64,000 nt of DNA from an uncultured virus (IMG/VR IMGVR_UViG_3300047471_000190). Lineage: Duplodnaviria; Heunggongvirae; Uroviricota; Caudoviricetes. Shown here piece after piece: positions 1 to 9,727 of the stretch. The number at the start of each line of letters is the position of its first letter. Within the stretch, counting starts at the first letter, position 1. Under the pieces are notes generated by a model. It did no database searches and had not been told where the DNA came from. It was given only the letters and a program-made list of their open reading frames with translations. Where the stretch lies: IMG/VR virus record IMGVR_UViG_3300047471_000190; one strand, 5' to 3'. Position numbers and translations under genes: made by a program.

Positions 1-145
1 TCAACCCCACTTTCTGCAGCGCCACGCTGCACTTTGGCGGACGAATCCGGAACATCAGCTGAACGGAGAGGGTTTCAGTGACCTAAGTCACGCAATAACT
101 GTGCCCCGTCGGCGCTGCCGCGGCGGTGGCGCGGCTATTGAGCAC

Positions 146-183
146 AAAAAAGGGGCCGCCCGGGATGGTTACCGAGCGGCCCC
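146..183 (-). terminator. Rho-independent terminator ending the sRNA/lysis transcript
   Basis: GGGGCCGCUCGG...CCGGGCGGCCCC stem followed by UUUUUU on the minus strand. Confidence 0.85.
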
Positions 184-244
184 AAAGTCAAAGGGAGGAA
201 AACGCCCAAGGAGGGCAGCGATAACGCGAAAGCGCTACCGCACC
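146..244 (-). ncRNA. alpha-r8/suhB (MmgR/BjrC1505-like) small RNA
   Basis: Minus strand reads CCCUCCUUGGGCGUUUUCCUCCCUUUGACUU, containing the UUUCCUCCCU decamer (192-201), followed by a GC stem and U6 tract; 5' end approximate. Confidence 0.75.
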
Positions 245-264
245 CGGGTTCCATAACACGCCGA

Positions 265-696
265 TTAGCGGAACGCCAGCATTCCGACCAAGATAATCGC
301 AGTCGATGCCATGGCGATTAGCCACGGTCCGTTGCCATGGTCAGGCCTGGTCATTGCGCGGATCTTGCAAAGGTGGCCAACCACGATCATTGCGCCGCCG
401 ATAATCAGCAGCACCTGCTGCGCCTGGTTGAAGTCGCCGGCGTCATCGAACCTGCGCCATGCCCAAATCGTCACCGATCGCAGCCACACGCCGGCGTCTG
501 AAATGAACACCGCAAGAATCAGATCCATACTCGGCGGTAGAGAAAACCAATCGAGATAATGCAGACCACGACGTCTAGATTCCTTAGACAGATAGATGGC
601 GAGCAGCACCAGCCAAAACAATTCCGGCGTGACCGCTCCACCGTTCAAAATCTCTAGGAGGAAAACTGCAGATTTAGCCGTGAACACTTGCGTCAC
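265..696 (-). CDS. Multi-pass membrane protein, lysis cassette
   Basis: About 4 hydrophobic segments; GTG start chosen for its GTGA overlap with the upstream stop. Confidence 0.65.
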   Translation of the reverse strand: MTQVFTAKSAVFLLEILNGGAVTPELFWLVLLAIYLSKESRRRGLHYLDWFSLPPSMDLILAVFISDAGVWLRSVTIWAWRRFDDAGDFNQAQQVLLIIGGAMIVVGHLCKIRAMTRPDHGNGPWLIAMASTAIILVGMLAFR

Positions 697-941
697 AGAT
701 CTGTCGGTTTCTGCTCGATCCCGGATTTTGCTTCCTGCACGGATTCGAGCACCGTCGTTATGAACGGGATGTTGTGATTGTGCGCCCACACGTCAGCCAT
801 GATCGCGCGCGGTGCATCGGTAGACCTGGAATAGTTCTGCATCTTCATAAGAAGCTCACCACTGACCGTCATGGCGCGATCGAAGGCATCAGGATGCGAC
901 GCCGACGAACCGAATATTCTGCGCACGAAATCTACAATCAT
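693..941 (-). CDS. Hypothetical protein, lysis cassette
   Basis: MIVDFVRRIFG start with ATGA coupling to the upstream gene. Confidence 0.6.
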   Translation of the reverse strand: MIVDFVRRIFGSSASHPDAFDRAMTVSGELLMKMQNYSRSTDAPRAIMADVWAHNHNIPFITTVLESVQEAKSGIEQKPTDL

Positions 942-1141
942 GCTTTGCGCTCGTTGAACAGAAACTGATCGAGCCTGGTCGCTACTGTGATGATCCTCTC
1001 GGCAAGGGCCTCGACCTTGCCGGTCAACGCTTTGTTCTCGTCCAGTAATCGCAATCGCTCGCGCTCCTGCCATATTACTGCCCCCATCAATAGCGGCGAG
1101 ATGTAGGCGCCCGCTTCTTTCGCCCACGCTATCCAGTCCAT
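938..1141 (-). CDS. Small protein with N-terminal hydrophobic segment and coiled coil (holin/antiholin-like)
   Basis: Hydrophobic N-terminus then heptad-like helix; position in lysis cassette. Confidence 0.55.
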   Translation of the reverse strand: MDWIAWAKEAGAYISPLLMGAVIWQERERLRLLDENKALTGKVEALAERIITVATRLDQFLFNERKA

Positions 1142-1171
1142 GCAGTACCCTCGCCGGGCAACCGCCCCCTT

Positions 1172-1492
1172 TTACGAAATGGACGGAGCATCCGGGTCGA
1201 CCGCTGCCATAGCCGCATCGTTCGCGGCGTCGAGCGTAGCATCGATCGCGTCGATCGCATCCCACTGCGCTTTTGTCGCTGCAGGATCATTCTGCATGGC
1301 GTTGCGAAGGGAGATCGTGATGTTCTTGATCGAACTATAGACCACCGGGACGAATTCGGTGATAAGCGGCATCAGTTTCGTCAGGCCCGAGATGATGCCG
1401 TCGATCATGGTGACGGTAGCGGACGAAGTGCCGAGCAGCGGCAGGAACTGCTCGATGATCGCAATTAGCGTCGTGACAATCGTCATGTTCAT
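1172..1492 (-). CDS. Amphipathic membrane protein, candidate spanin partner
   Basis: MNMTIVTTLIAIIEQFLPLLG start coupled by ATGA to the lipoprotein; acidic helical C-terminus. Confidence 0.55.
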   Translation of the reverse strand: MNMTIVTTLIAIIEQFLPLLGTSSATVTMIDGIISGLTKLMPLITEFVPVVYSSIKNITISLRNAMQNDPAATKAQWDAIDAIDATLDAANDAAMAAVDPDAPSIS

Positions 1493-1911
1493 TTGCCGGC
1501 TCCGAAGGTTGCAACAGGCGTTGTCCCGAGATTGTTCACGGCGCCGATGAGGAGGTTGTACGTCGTGGCCGCGATCGTGGCGCCGGATCTGGCCGCGGCC
1601 TTGATGGTATCGCGCGCCTGCCTGCCCTGGCGATCGTACTTGATCGCCGTGCGCAACGTGTCGGCCGTGCATCTCGAGTCGGCCCGGTTCTGCGCGCAGA
1701 ACTTGAAGTAGGCCGTCGCGGCCGCCTCCAGGACCTGAAATGAGCTCACCGCGATCTGCGCTTGCGTCTGCGGAATGGTCGTGGTCGTCGCCATCACGTA
1801 GACCTGCTCGACCTTCGCCACGCCGGCCTGGAACTTCGCTAGCTCGGCCGCGCAACCGCCGAGCAATACCGACAGCAGCATCAGCGCTGCAGCCATTCTA
1901 AAAAAACGCAT
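1489..1911 (-). CDS. Lipoprotein, candidate outer-membrane spanin
   Basis: Signal peptide II with lipobox LLGG|C; helical Ala-rich body; lies downstream of the endolysin. Confidence 0.7.
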   Translation of the reverse strand: MRFFRMAAALMLLSVLLGGCAAELAKFQAGVAKVEQVYVMATTTTIPQTQAQIAVSSFQVLEAAATAYFKFCAQNRADSRCTADTLRTAIKYDRQGRQARDTIKAAARSGATIAATTYNLLIGAVNNLGTTPVATFGAGK

Positions 1912-1945
1912 CCCTGTTTTCCCCCTTCGCTGTGAATGAAAAGTT

Positions 1946-2458
1946 TTACGATACCGGGTTTTGCGGTGACGCCGGATTTTGCGGCATCGATTGCGTCACG
2001 GCCGATGGAGCCGTCACGACGTTATTCGCCGTGGCTGCCAAAGGCGCAAGCTCCGGATTGACGATCGCTCGCGTTCCGATCTGCGGCGAGGCCGCGGCAT
2101 TCACAAGCGCGATCTTGGCCTCGAGATTGCCGGCTTTTGCCAGCGCGAAAACGCGGTTCACCGCATTTCCGATACCACCGGCATCGATGCCCATCTTGCC
2201 GAGCCAGATCGCAATTACCGGAAAAACGATAAACCAGATATCGGCCGCGGCGCCGATGAAGGTTCGCAGCGATTCGTACATGACGTTCGCGCTTTTCAGG
2301 ATCGATGCCTGCTGGTCGGGCGGGAACGTGCCCAGGAACATGAAAATCGCCATCGAGCCCATGCCGAAGACGGTCGCATAGCGCGAGCCTGTCTTGACTT
2401 TGTTCGAGGTGTCGGTGGGCACCGGCGCTGCCGGCAGGGTTGTTGCTGTGTCGGCCAT
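1946..2458 (-). CDS. Holin-like membrane protein
   Basis: Two hydrophobic helices; GGAGG RBS before MADTATT; adjacent to the endolysin. Confidence 0.55.
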   Translation of the reverse strand: MADTATTLPAAPVPTDTSNKVKTGSRYATVFGMGSMAIFMFLGTFPPDQQASILKSANVMYESLRTFIGAAADIWFIVFPVIAIWLGKMGIDAGGIGNAVNRVFALAKAGNLEAKIALVNAAASPQIGTRAIVNPELAPLAATANNVVTAPSAVTQSMPQNPASPQNPVS

Positions 2459-2526
2459 TGCCGGATTCCTCCAGTAGGGGGGTTGATGGTCATTACACGC
2501 CCGCGCGCGCGGACGCATCAAGTTTT

Positions 2527-3108
2527 TTAGACCGCGAGCGTCAAATCTGCGAAAAACGCCTTGGCGATCGCCGCAATCTCCGCGGCTCGATCGGTGCCGT
2601 TGATTATGCGCCTCGCGTTCAGCCAGTCGGTTTTGGCGTCGTTGAAATAGTCCGCCAACTTCTTTCCCGTGAAAACACCTTTCAGCATTCCCTCGAACAT
2701 GACGAAGGCAGCGATGTCAGGCACGAGCGCAAGTTCGGCGTTCGCGACCAGATCCGGATACGAGCCGCGCGTTGCGCTCGAGCGAAAGTCAGCAGCTTTC
2801 AGCAGCTGCGTCATCTTCTTGTAGTTGTAATCCCACGTCAGCTGCACATAGCCGCGGCCGTACCACGGATAGTATTTCTTCGACTTCAGGTAGGCCGGTC
2901 CGCCGCCTTCCTGGATCGGCTGCATCGTGTGATCCGTCTCCCATTTAGTTGTGGCGAGCATATAGGCCAGCCAGCGCAGATCTGTCAGCTTGCGTCGGTC
3001 CCACTCGTCGAGAATAGCAGACGTGCCGGAGACTTGACCTGACGTCAGCTTGCCATCGAATGGCGTCTGACGGATTCCGTTGAAGAAAAATTTGCGATCG
3101 ATCGACAT
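2527..3108 (-). CDS. Endolysin, glycoside hydrolase family 19 (chitinase-like)
   Basis: AYMLATTKWET, YGRGYVQLTW..NY and ARRIING motifs. Confidence 0.9.
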   Translation of the reverse strand: MSIDRKFFFNGIRQTPFDGKLTSGQVSGTSAILDEWDRRKLTDLRWLAYMLATTKWETDHTMQPIQEGGGPAYLKSKKYYPWYGRGYVQLTWDYNYKKMTQLLKAADFRSSATRGSYPDLVANAELALVPDIAAFVMFEGMLKGVFTGKKLADYFNDAKTDWLNARRIINGTDRAAEIAAIAKAFFADLTLAV

Positions 3109-3121
3109 TGGTTACTTCTTC

Positions 3122-5200
3122 CTATGGGACCTGGTATTCGCCAATTACTGCAGGGGACAATCCGATCGGATAGCCGCCGCTGGGCGAAAAGATTCTGATC
3201 GTGGTGCCGTCTCCGTTGCCTATGAGTGCTGATGCCAATGAACCAGTGAGCATATCGGATGCCGTGATCGGGTAAAAAAGTGGCGATGCCGTTATTGGAG
3301 TTGAAATTCTCATGCTTCCCGCGCAAGTGCCATTGAATACTGGATAGATCTGCGCTCGCACGTGAACGGTCTTTTCGACCTTCTTGTACTCTCCGGATGC
3401 GACCGTTCCGGCTCCGAAAGATCCTGAGGCGCATGAAGTGACAGGTGTATATGGGGTCCATGCGCCGAGACCGGCAAGACCGGAGGCAACCACATTGATG
3501 GCTTTAATATTCTCACCGCCGCCGACCATCGCCACCGTCCAAGGAATGGTCGATGGCGAGACCACGTTCTCCAGAAGAAGATTCTTGATGTTAGTTGCGT
3601 CGATGTTGACTGAACTGTTCGACCCGGACAACCTCAAGTTCCGAAGAGAGATATTGTCGATATCCTCACCGACCCATGTTCCGTGCGAGATGCCGTCGTT
3701 TGTGAACATGCTGATCGCGGGGCCGTTGTTGTAGTTTCGAATCGAGCCGCGCAACGTGACGTTCTCTACGGTGTAGCCATCCGTCGTGAGATCATCGCTG
3801 AGATCCGAATTGTATTTTCCGATGGCGAACGCCGGGGACTGCGCAGCCGTCGGGCTGCCGGTGATGTCCAAGTCGACCGTGACATTCTTGATCGTGACGG
3901 GAACTCGCATATAGCCGCCGGACGTATAGCCTCCAGAAAAAGTGCTGGTTTGCAAGTCTACATGCGTCCCGTCGATGACGGTCAACTTCCATTTGTTGCC
4001 GTTGACTCCGGTAATGCCGCCAACACCATTCACGAACCAGATCTGATCCGTCGCCATGTTGGCCGTCGTATCAACCGTAAGGCGCACCAGTCCTGATCCG
4101 TTATTCGCAGCTCCAGACACAACGGGCTGCGGCACGGCCTGCTCGGCGGCGATCATCGATACAGAGCCAGGCGCCGTGTTGCCTCCAGAGTCCCGATACT
4201 TTACGTGGATATCGGAAAGGCTTCTCCGCACCTCGTTGGCCTTCGGATGCCCGAAGACCGACATCAAGACTTGCACGAAGCCGCCAGCGCTGCCGTCTCC
4301 GGTCAATTCCACATCATGATGCGATACGCTGATCGGAAAATAGAGCCGGCCGTTGTTGGTGCCCTTGATGTTTCGCGCGAAAAAGTTATCGCCGCTGGCC
4401 TGAAAATTCAGGCCGTAAAATACGTTCTTGATGTCCGCATTGATGACCGAAAAATTGTGGGCTTGGCTATTGATTGTTGGATCGGCGATCACGCTAAAGC
4501 TGATTGATCCACCATTCTGAGACAGGTTGGTGATGTGGACGTTGTCCGACCATGGGGCTCCCAGATCATCGAATACCCGGATGAAGCTTCCGAAGTCGTG
4601 CGGATTAAGGGCGCCCGACCATGCTGTAGCCGTGTAGGACGGGTTCTCAAAGATGATATCGCTGACGTGGTGCAAGTCGATGATCTGCGGATTGTCACCA
4701 AACCCGAAAGCATTATCCGAAGAAATCCGGCCACCATTGAATTTGAAGGTGATCCCGCTGACATTCGATATCAGCATCGCGGTCGCGGGATGCGTACCGA
4801 CCGGCCAGATCTTGTAGTCGGCGAGAGAATTGAAGCTCACGATCTTGCCGCCGCCGCTCGAGGTCAACCAGGTCGCCATCGAAGCCAGAGGTCCGGTGCA
4901 GTCGACCACGAGGCTGAAGCACTGAAACATCTCTGGCGTGATCGTGTGCTCGTTGAGCGTCCACCATTGATGATCGGCGCTCTGGAAGCCCCATGGCGCT
5001 GCGCTGGATGTTACGCGAATATAGGACGCTTCGCCGTTGTCGCCTGCGGTGTTCTGTCCGAGAAGGTGGACGATATCGACACCCGGATCGACCGTAGCCG
5101 ACGTCGCCGCGGCAAGTGTCGAAAATACTGCCAGCGTTGGCGATTGGGCGACCGCGCAACTCAGAAAGAACGATAGAACTACACCAAGAAAATATTTCAT
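3122..5200 (-). CDS. Tailspike/pectin-lyase-like beta-helix protein with N-terminal signal-peptide-like sequence
   Basis: Tailspike-type N-terminus, N/D-rich beta-helix-like repeats (NVHITN, NISLRN), C-terminal WTPYTP..G.YKK fibre domain. Confidence 0.75.
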   Translation of the reverse strand: MKYFLGVVLSFFLSCAVAQSPTLAVFSTLAAATSATVDPGVDIVHLLGQNTAGDNGEASYIRVTSSAAPWGFQSADHQWWTLNEHTITPEMFQCFSLVVDCTGPLASMATWLTSSGGGKIVSFNSLADYKIWPVGTHPATAMLISNVSGITFKFNGGRISSDNAFGFGDNPQIIDLHHVSDIIFENPSYTATAWSGALNPHDFGSFIRVFDDLGAPWSDNVHITNLSQNGGSISFSVIADPTINSQAHNFSVINADIKNVFYGLNFQASGDNFFARNIKGTNNGRLYFPISVSHHDVELTGDGSAGGFVQVLMSVFGHPKANEVRRSLSDIHVKYRDSGGNTAPGSVSMIAAEQAVPQPVVSGAANNGSGLVRLTVDTTANMATDQIWFVNGVGGITGVNGNKWKLTVIDGTHVDLQTSTFSGGYTSGGYMRVPVTIKNVTVDLDITGSPTAAQSPAFAIGKYNSDLSDDLTTDGYTVENVTLRGSIRNYNNGPAISMFTNDGISHGTWVGEDIDNISLRNLRLSGSNSSVNIDATNIKNLLLENVVSPSTIPWTVAMVGGGENIKAINVVASGLAGLGAWTPYTPVTSCASGSFGAGTVASGEYKKVEKTVHVRAQIYPVFNGTCAGSMRISTPITASPLFYPITASDMLTGSLASALIGNGDGTTIRIFSPSGGYPIGLSPAVIGEYQVP

Positions 5201-5204
5201 CACT

Positions 5205-7862
5205 TCACCATCCATGGCAGCTAAAGGTTACGACGTCGGCGTTCGTTGTCGTTGACTTGAATGTCGCCGACGATGTCGTTTGTGCGGTTTGCAACAACGT
5301 GTTGGTAGTCGTGGTCTCATCCGAGGCGCTGCAGGTATATCCGTTTTGAACAGTTGGCATCGATGAGAGAATGATCGTCCCGGCCGCGCAAGTTGGGGCC
5401 GTGAATTTCCCTGATGTCGCACCTCCTGAGAAGCTGGTAGCGGTGCATGTTCCGGTATTTCCGATCGGCACCGTGCCGGCGGACTGAAGAGCCCCAGAAA
5501 ATATGATTGAGCCGTTACCGGGATCAGTCGCGATTACCGCACTTCCAACCCCGAGACCGCCGCTGCCATTAAGTCTAAATTTCTCAATGAGATTCGTTGA
5601 CCCACCGGCGACAAGTCTTACCGCCATGTATCCGCTGTGGTCGCTCCCAGACTGCAAGTTGACCGTGTTGAAATCAAGTGACGCTACACTTGAGTAAACC
5701 GTCCCATCATAGGCTTGAGCCCCAAAACTGAAGATCGTGGCCGCAGCGGCGACTGCTGTCTTAGAGGCTTGCGTATTGTTGGCTCGCCTTGGTGCAAAGA
5801 AACTCTGGTTAGCAAAAGTATCCATCGCGATTCCGCCGATCACGCTATCGCCAGAGATCATATGCAGGCTTGGTGTCCCGACAAAGGATGCCGTTGGGGT
5901 CGCGGTGTTCTGATTCAGCGTGAGCAATGGACCTGAAGCCGGTGCCGCGTTTGCCCCGAACTCCCATTGCTGACCTGTCGTGATCTGGCCGGCGAAGGTC
6001 GAGCCATTGCTCTGGAAAGTATACGTTCCCGATGCTGTGTGGATCGGAGATGAGATCGACGTATTGCCGGTGATCGTGGTGCCGGTGATCGCCAGCGGCG
6101 TGGCGGTTCCGATGATGATGTTATTGAGTTGGTTGCCGCCGCCCGCGATCGTGCCGGCGAGTGTGAAGGCGTTGATCGTGGTTGCCGTCAGCGTCGTGAT
6201 TGTGCCGAGGGACGTTAGAGATGAGGCCGTGACGCCAGCCGCGAGCGTTGACCCGGTCAATGACCCTGCCGGCGCCGCCACTGCGGTATTGCAGCTAAAG
6301 CCGGTGGCGGAAGTCCACAACAGGGCGCTTGCCGAGGTGGAGCACGATGGAACGGACAAGCCTACGGGGGTCGTCCCAGAGATAACACCCGCCACCTGAT
6401 TTGCCGTGAGCCCTGTAATGCTGCCGATCGCCGGAGTGATCGTTGCAAAGCTGGCCGACGTGATCCGGCCCTTCACATCCCACGTCAGAACTGGAGTGAT
6501 GGTGGTGCTACCGGCACTTCCTGCAGAAACAACAGAGATGAGATTCGCTACGCACGATCCAGCAGTTGACGTGATGTCTCCACCGGAGAGTGCTGGCAAC
6601 TGCGCGCAGGAAGCCGAGCCGGACAGATCTCCGAATGCCAAGATTGCCGAAATGAAGTTTGTACCATTGCCACGGAGCACATTTCCGGATGCCGCTACGT
6701 TGGCGATTCTATAACCATTCAGCGCGTTGATGACTCCGTTGCCTGGATCGACCACGGTCGAACTAACCGATAGGCCACCGGTTGCCGTTACCCGAGCTGC
6801 GAGAGCAGCGTTGATGTAAAAGTCAACCGGGTTGGCACCGGATGCATACACTGTGATCCCTGATAGTGCAGCACCAGAAAACACAACCGATCTATTGGCA
6901 GGACCGATTACTCCGGTATAGCCCGTGCTGGTAACTCCAAAGAGTGCAGCCCCCACACTGTTCGTTGCGTTAAAATAGGTGAAGGCAACCGTTCCGGTGC
7001 TGGCATTCCTGATAGAGAAAGACGGTTCAGCGTTGACTGATACTGATGACGATATGGTACCAAGTCCGAAACTTGACGCGCCATTTAGCGTGATTCCGCC
7101 ATCGTTCTCGATTCGCATGCGCGTCAGCGCAGTGGTGGCTGCGGAAGCCGCAGTCTGAAAATCTATGTAGGTTGGGTGACTGGTAGCTGACCATGTGCCA
7201 GCTGAGAACATCCGAACTGCCGCAGCGCTGACGCTGGATCGCGAGACACCGTCGTAACCTCTCGCCACGATGGCGGCGATCTCGTTGTCAGCTATCAATG
7301 TCGTCGGCGCCGCCAAGGCGCCATTGGCCCGAAAACCTATAAGCGCAGTTCGGGCACCATAAGTATCGACCTCGATACTGCCGTTGACAGTATCCGCCTG
7401 GGAAAGTTGCAACATCGTTCCGGTCTGCGCCAGATCCGGAGGTGCGGCATTTAGATTGATGATCTGCGCGGCCGTGAACGTATTCGTTGCATTCGTCACT
7501 GCGCAAATCATGCAAGGAGCAGAGATCAAGTCGATCGTGACACCATTCACTCGCGCGAAAAGGCTTGATGATGTTACCCAAAGATCGCCGTTGTTAGGCG
7601 ACGTAGGAGCCACGCCAGGCGGAATGTTGAAGCCAGCATTTCCTGTTGTCGATGAAGCCGTGATGAGAGGACCGCTTAGTGTACCGCCGGTCCTCAACAG
7701 TGGCGGGGCACCAAGATAATCCTGCTTTCCGGCGAATAAGGCATTCCATTGACCGGCTGTCAGCCCTTGGCCCTTGGTAAGGCCGGGATTCGATTGCGCT
7801 ACCGCCATCGTCGACCACGCGGCTATCAGCGCGGTCGCGACGAGCGTTTTAAAAAATCTCAT
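5205..7862 (-). CDS. Long S/T/G/A-rich tail fibre-like protein with signal-peptide-like N-terminus
   Basis: GGTLSGPL, APTSPNNGDLW and RMRI..DG fibre motifs; internal duplicated domain. Confidence 0.75.
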   Translation of the reverse strand: MRFFKTLVATALIAAWSTMAVAQSNPGLTKGQGLTAGQWNALFAGKQDYLGAPPLLRTGGTLSGPLITASSTTGNAGFNIPPGVAPTSPNNGDLWVTSSSLFARVNGVTIDLISAPCMICAVTNATNTFTAAQIINLNAAPPDLAQTGTMLQLSQADTVNGSIEVDTYGARTALIGFRANGALAAPTTLIADNEIAAIVARGYDGVSRSSVSAAAVRMFSAGTWSATSHPTYIDFQTAASAATTALTRMRIENDGGITLNGASSFGLGTISSSVSVNAEPSFSIRNASTGTVAFTYFNATNSVGAALFGVTSTGYTGVIGPANRSVVFSGAALSGITVYASGANPVDFYINAALAARVTATGGLSVSSTVVDPGNGVINALNGYRIANVAASGNVLRGNGTNFISAILAFGDLSGSASCAQLPALSGGDITSTAGSCVANLISVVSAGSAGSTTITPVLTWDVKGRITSASFATITPAIGSITGLTANQVAGVISGTTPVGLSVPSCSTSASALLWTSATGFSCNTAVAAPAGSLTGSTLAAGVTASSLTSLGTITTLTATTINAFTLAGTIAGGGNQLNNIIIGTATPLAITGTTITGNTSISSPIHTASGTYTFQSNGSTFAGQITTGQQWEFGANAAPASGPLLTLNQNTATPTASFVGTPSLHMISGDSVIGGIAMDTFANQSFFAPRRANNTQASKTAVAAAATIFSFGAQAYDGTVYSSVASLDFNTVNLQSGSDHSGYMAVRLVAGGSTNLIEKFRLNGSGGLGVGSAVIATDPGNGSIIFSGALQSAGTVPIGNTGTCTATSFSGGATSGKFTAPTCAAGTIILSSMPTVQNGYTCSASDETTTTNTLLQTAQTTSSATFKSTTTNADVVTFSCHGW

Positions 7863-7867
7863 TTGAT

Positions 7868-8581
7868 TTATTCTCCGATCAGGATAGCGGGAGCTTGCCA
7901 AGCATCGATCGTGTCGGCGGACAGGTCTTCGATGTCGTGCTGCGCTTTGGCAGAAGCATACTGGATAGCTTCGATTTTCGATCGTCTATCGTCCTGCTCT
8001 TTGAGGAAGGCATCGTCTTCTGGGGCAATTGCGCGCTGCTGAGCAATGGGAGGAGGAGAAGCTATACGTGTCTTTCTCAAACCGATCGCTTCCGACACCG
8101 ATTTTAGAAAACCATTATTTGCGAATTCGAGAGCCGCCGCTTCTTCTGCCGCTCGAACTGCCGCGCGAGCGTTCTCGAATTCGATAATTGCTATGGCTGA
8201 TCGAATCTCGTTCTCGCGAATATTAAGGAATCGCTGCTTGCCGTAAGGAAAAATCTTTCCGATCGCGGCACTCTCGGCCTGGTGAATCTTGCTCAACAGG
8301 TCGTTCTTCTTCATTCTCAAAATCTGCTCTGCCGTCGGTCCGTCATCTACCAGCTCGTAGTCCATTTCCGAATTTTCGTTGACAGCAGCTTCGATCAGAG
8401 GATGAGCAGTAGGCCGCGGGTGAGCCCAATGTTTTTCTATTCCAGTGACGCCTTTGACTTCGTCCGCTCTCATCCGCGCATCGTGTGCGCGCCACTCCTT
8501 CATCTCGACAGCGAATGCCGCCGCGCGCGCCGGAAAATCTTCAATGCTTCCTATCGAGGACTTTAGAATTCGCGCCGTCAT
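7868..8581 (-). CDS. Tail fibre assembly-type protein
   Basis: Charged helical protein coupled (ATGA) behind the fibre gene; C-terminal IEDL...IDAW motif. Confidence 0.55.
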   Translation of the reverse strand: MTARILKSSIGSIEDFPARAAAFAVEMKEWRAHDARMRADEVKGVTGIEKHWAHPRPTAHPLIEAAVNENSEMDYELVDDGPTAEQILRMKKNDLLSKIHQAESAAIGKIFPYGKQRFLNIRENEIRSAIAIIEFENARAAVRAAEEAAALEFANNGFLKSVSEAIGLRKTRIASPPPIAQQRAIAPEDDAFLKEQDDRRSKIEAIQYASAKAQHDIEDLSADTIDAWQAPAILIGE

Positions 8582-9717
8582 AGTTTTTGTCCCCAAAATA
8601 CGAGCATCGAAAGCTCAACATTGTTGTGCGCAGTGCCGCTTCCCGAATTGTTGTTGTTGATTCCCATTCCAGTTGTCTGCGCAGCGTTGGTTATCGTCAT
8701 GCCAGTTGCCGCAGAGGCAGCGGTGATGCCGGCGGTAGCTATGGTGCTGCTGGTGAACCCGCCGCCATTTTGGGCCGACGCATTCGATAGAGTGGCCTGA
8801 GCGTTGCTGGTTATGGTGTGTGTGTGGCCGGGGTCAGACAGTACATTGGCGTGCGTATGTCCCGGATCGAATAATGTATCGGGATGCGAGTGAACGCCAT
8901 TTTCTGCCGAGACAAGAGCATGACGATTCTCGCCTACGATCGAGCCAGGCGTTGTCGTGTTACCTGAAGTGACAGGAATGCCAACGAGAAGGGTGGTTGT
9001 CAGGCCACCCATGGTATCAACGCCGGTAAAGTTCAAACCTCGTGCACTCGGTTGAGCCAACCTTTTGTTTGCCAAAAAATCGGCAACAGGATTCGCACCA
9101 CGAGTAGTTGGTGCTCCCCCACTCGTAAAGATTGGACATTGCGTGTTAGAAAAATTTGCCCAGATAAAGCAGAACAGAAACAGGGCTGAATTGCTGGAAA
9201 AGACAGCACCAGAAGCAATACTTCCTATCCCACTGGCGTTCATCGCCACATAATCAGGTGGAAGCGTTGAGGTCAGGAACGGCACCGGCGTGCCTACCTG
9301 AACTCCGGCTCGAGCCCAACCGACCGAAGTTAGAGGGTCGTCAGGATTGGTTAGATTGCTGTCAACAGTCGAATACCATTGTGCTCCCAGCACAATCGAT
9401 GAATCTACAATAGCGCCCTGCGGATAACCTCCGACGGCTGCAGCGAAGGTCGCGTCGAACGAGATGGGAGCGCCAGCTTGGTACCACTGATCCCAAGAAG
9501 TCTCGGCATTAAGAATGCCATTAAAATCTTGACCGAACGGAGGAACGCCTCCGCCGGAGAGTGCTGCGAAATTGTCCGGAACGAAGCCGTCGTTAAAGGA
9601 AGCCGCGCCATCCTGTATGCCTATTTGCGATGCCACCGGCACCGTTCGGATATAGGCGCCGGCGGCATTGACTGCCCATGCCTTCTGAAATCTGACGGGA
9701 ATTGACGCTCTAAGCAT
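8578..9717 (-). CDS. Tail fibre with collar domain and HxH tip repeats
   Basis: ASFNDGF..GGVPPFGQDFNGIL, GGYPQGA, collar segment and repeated DPGHTH. Confidence 0.85.
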   Translation of the reverse strand: MLRASIPVRFQKAWAVNAAGAYIRTVPVASQIGIQDGAASFNDGFVPDNFAALSGGGVPPFGQDFNGILNAETSWDQWYQAGAPISFDATFAAAVGGYPQGAIVDSSIVLGAQWYSTVDSNLTNPDDPLTSVGWARAGVQVGTPVPFLTSTLPPDYVAMNASGIGSIASGAVFSSNSALFLFCFIWANFSNTQCPIFTSGGAPTTRGANPVADFLANKRLAQPSARGLNFTGVDTMGGLTTTLLVGIPVTSGNTTTPGSIVGENRHALVSAENGVHSHPDTLFDPGHTHANVLSDPGHTHTITSNAQATLSNASAQNGGGFTSSTIATAGITAASAATGMTITNAAQTTGMGINNNNSGSGTAHNNVELSMLVFWGQKL

Positions 9718-9727
9718 AATTGTTCCT

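Noticed and set aside
1..145. Integrase or att site at the left edge
   Set aside because: No recombinase in the window and no partner repeat found, so lifestyle cannot be determined
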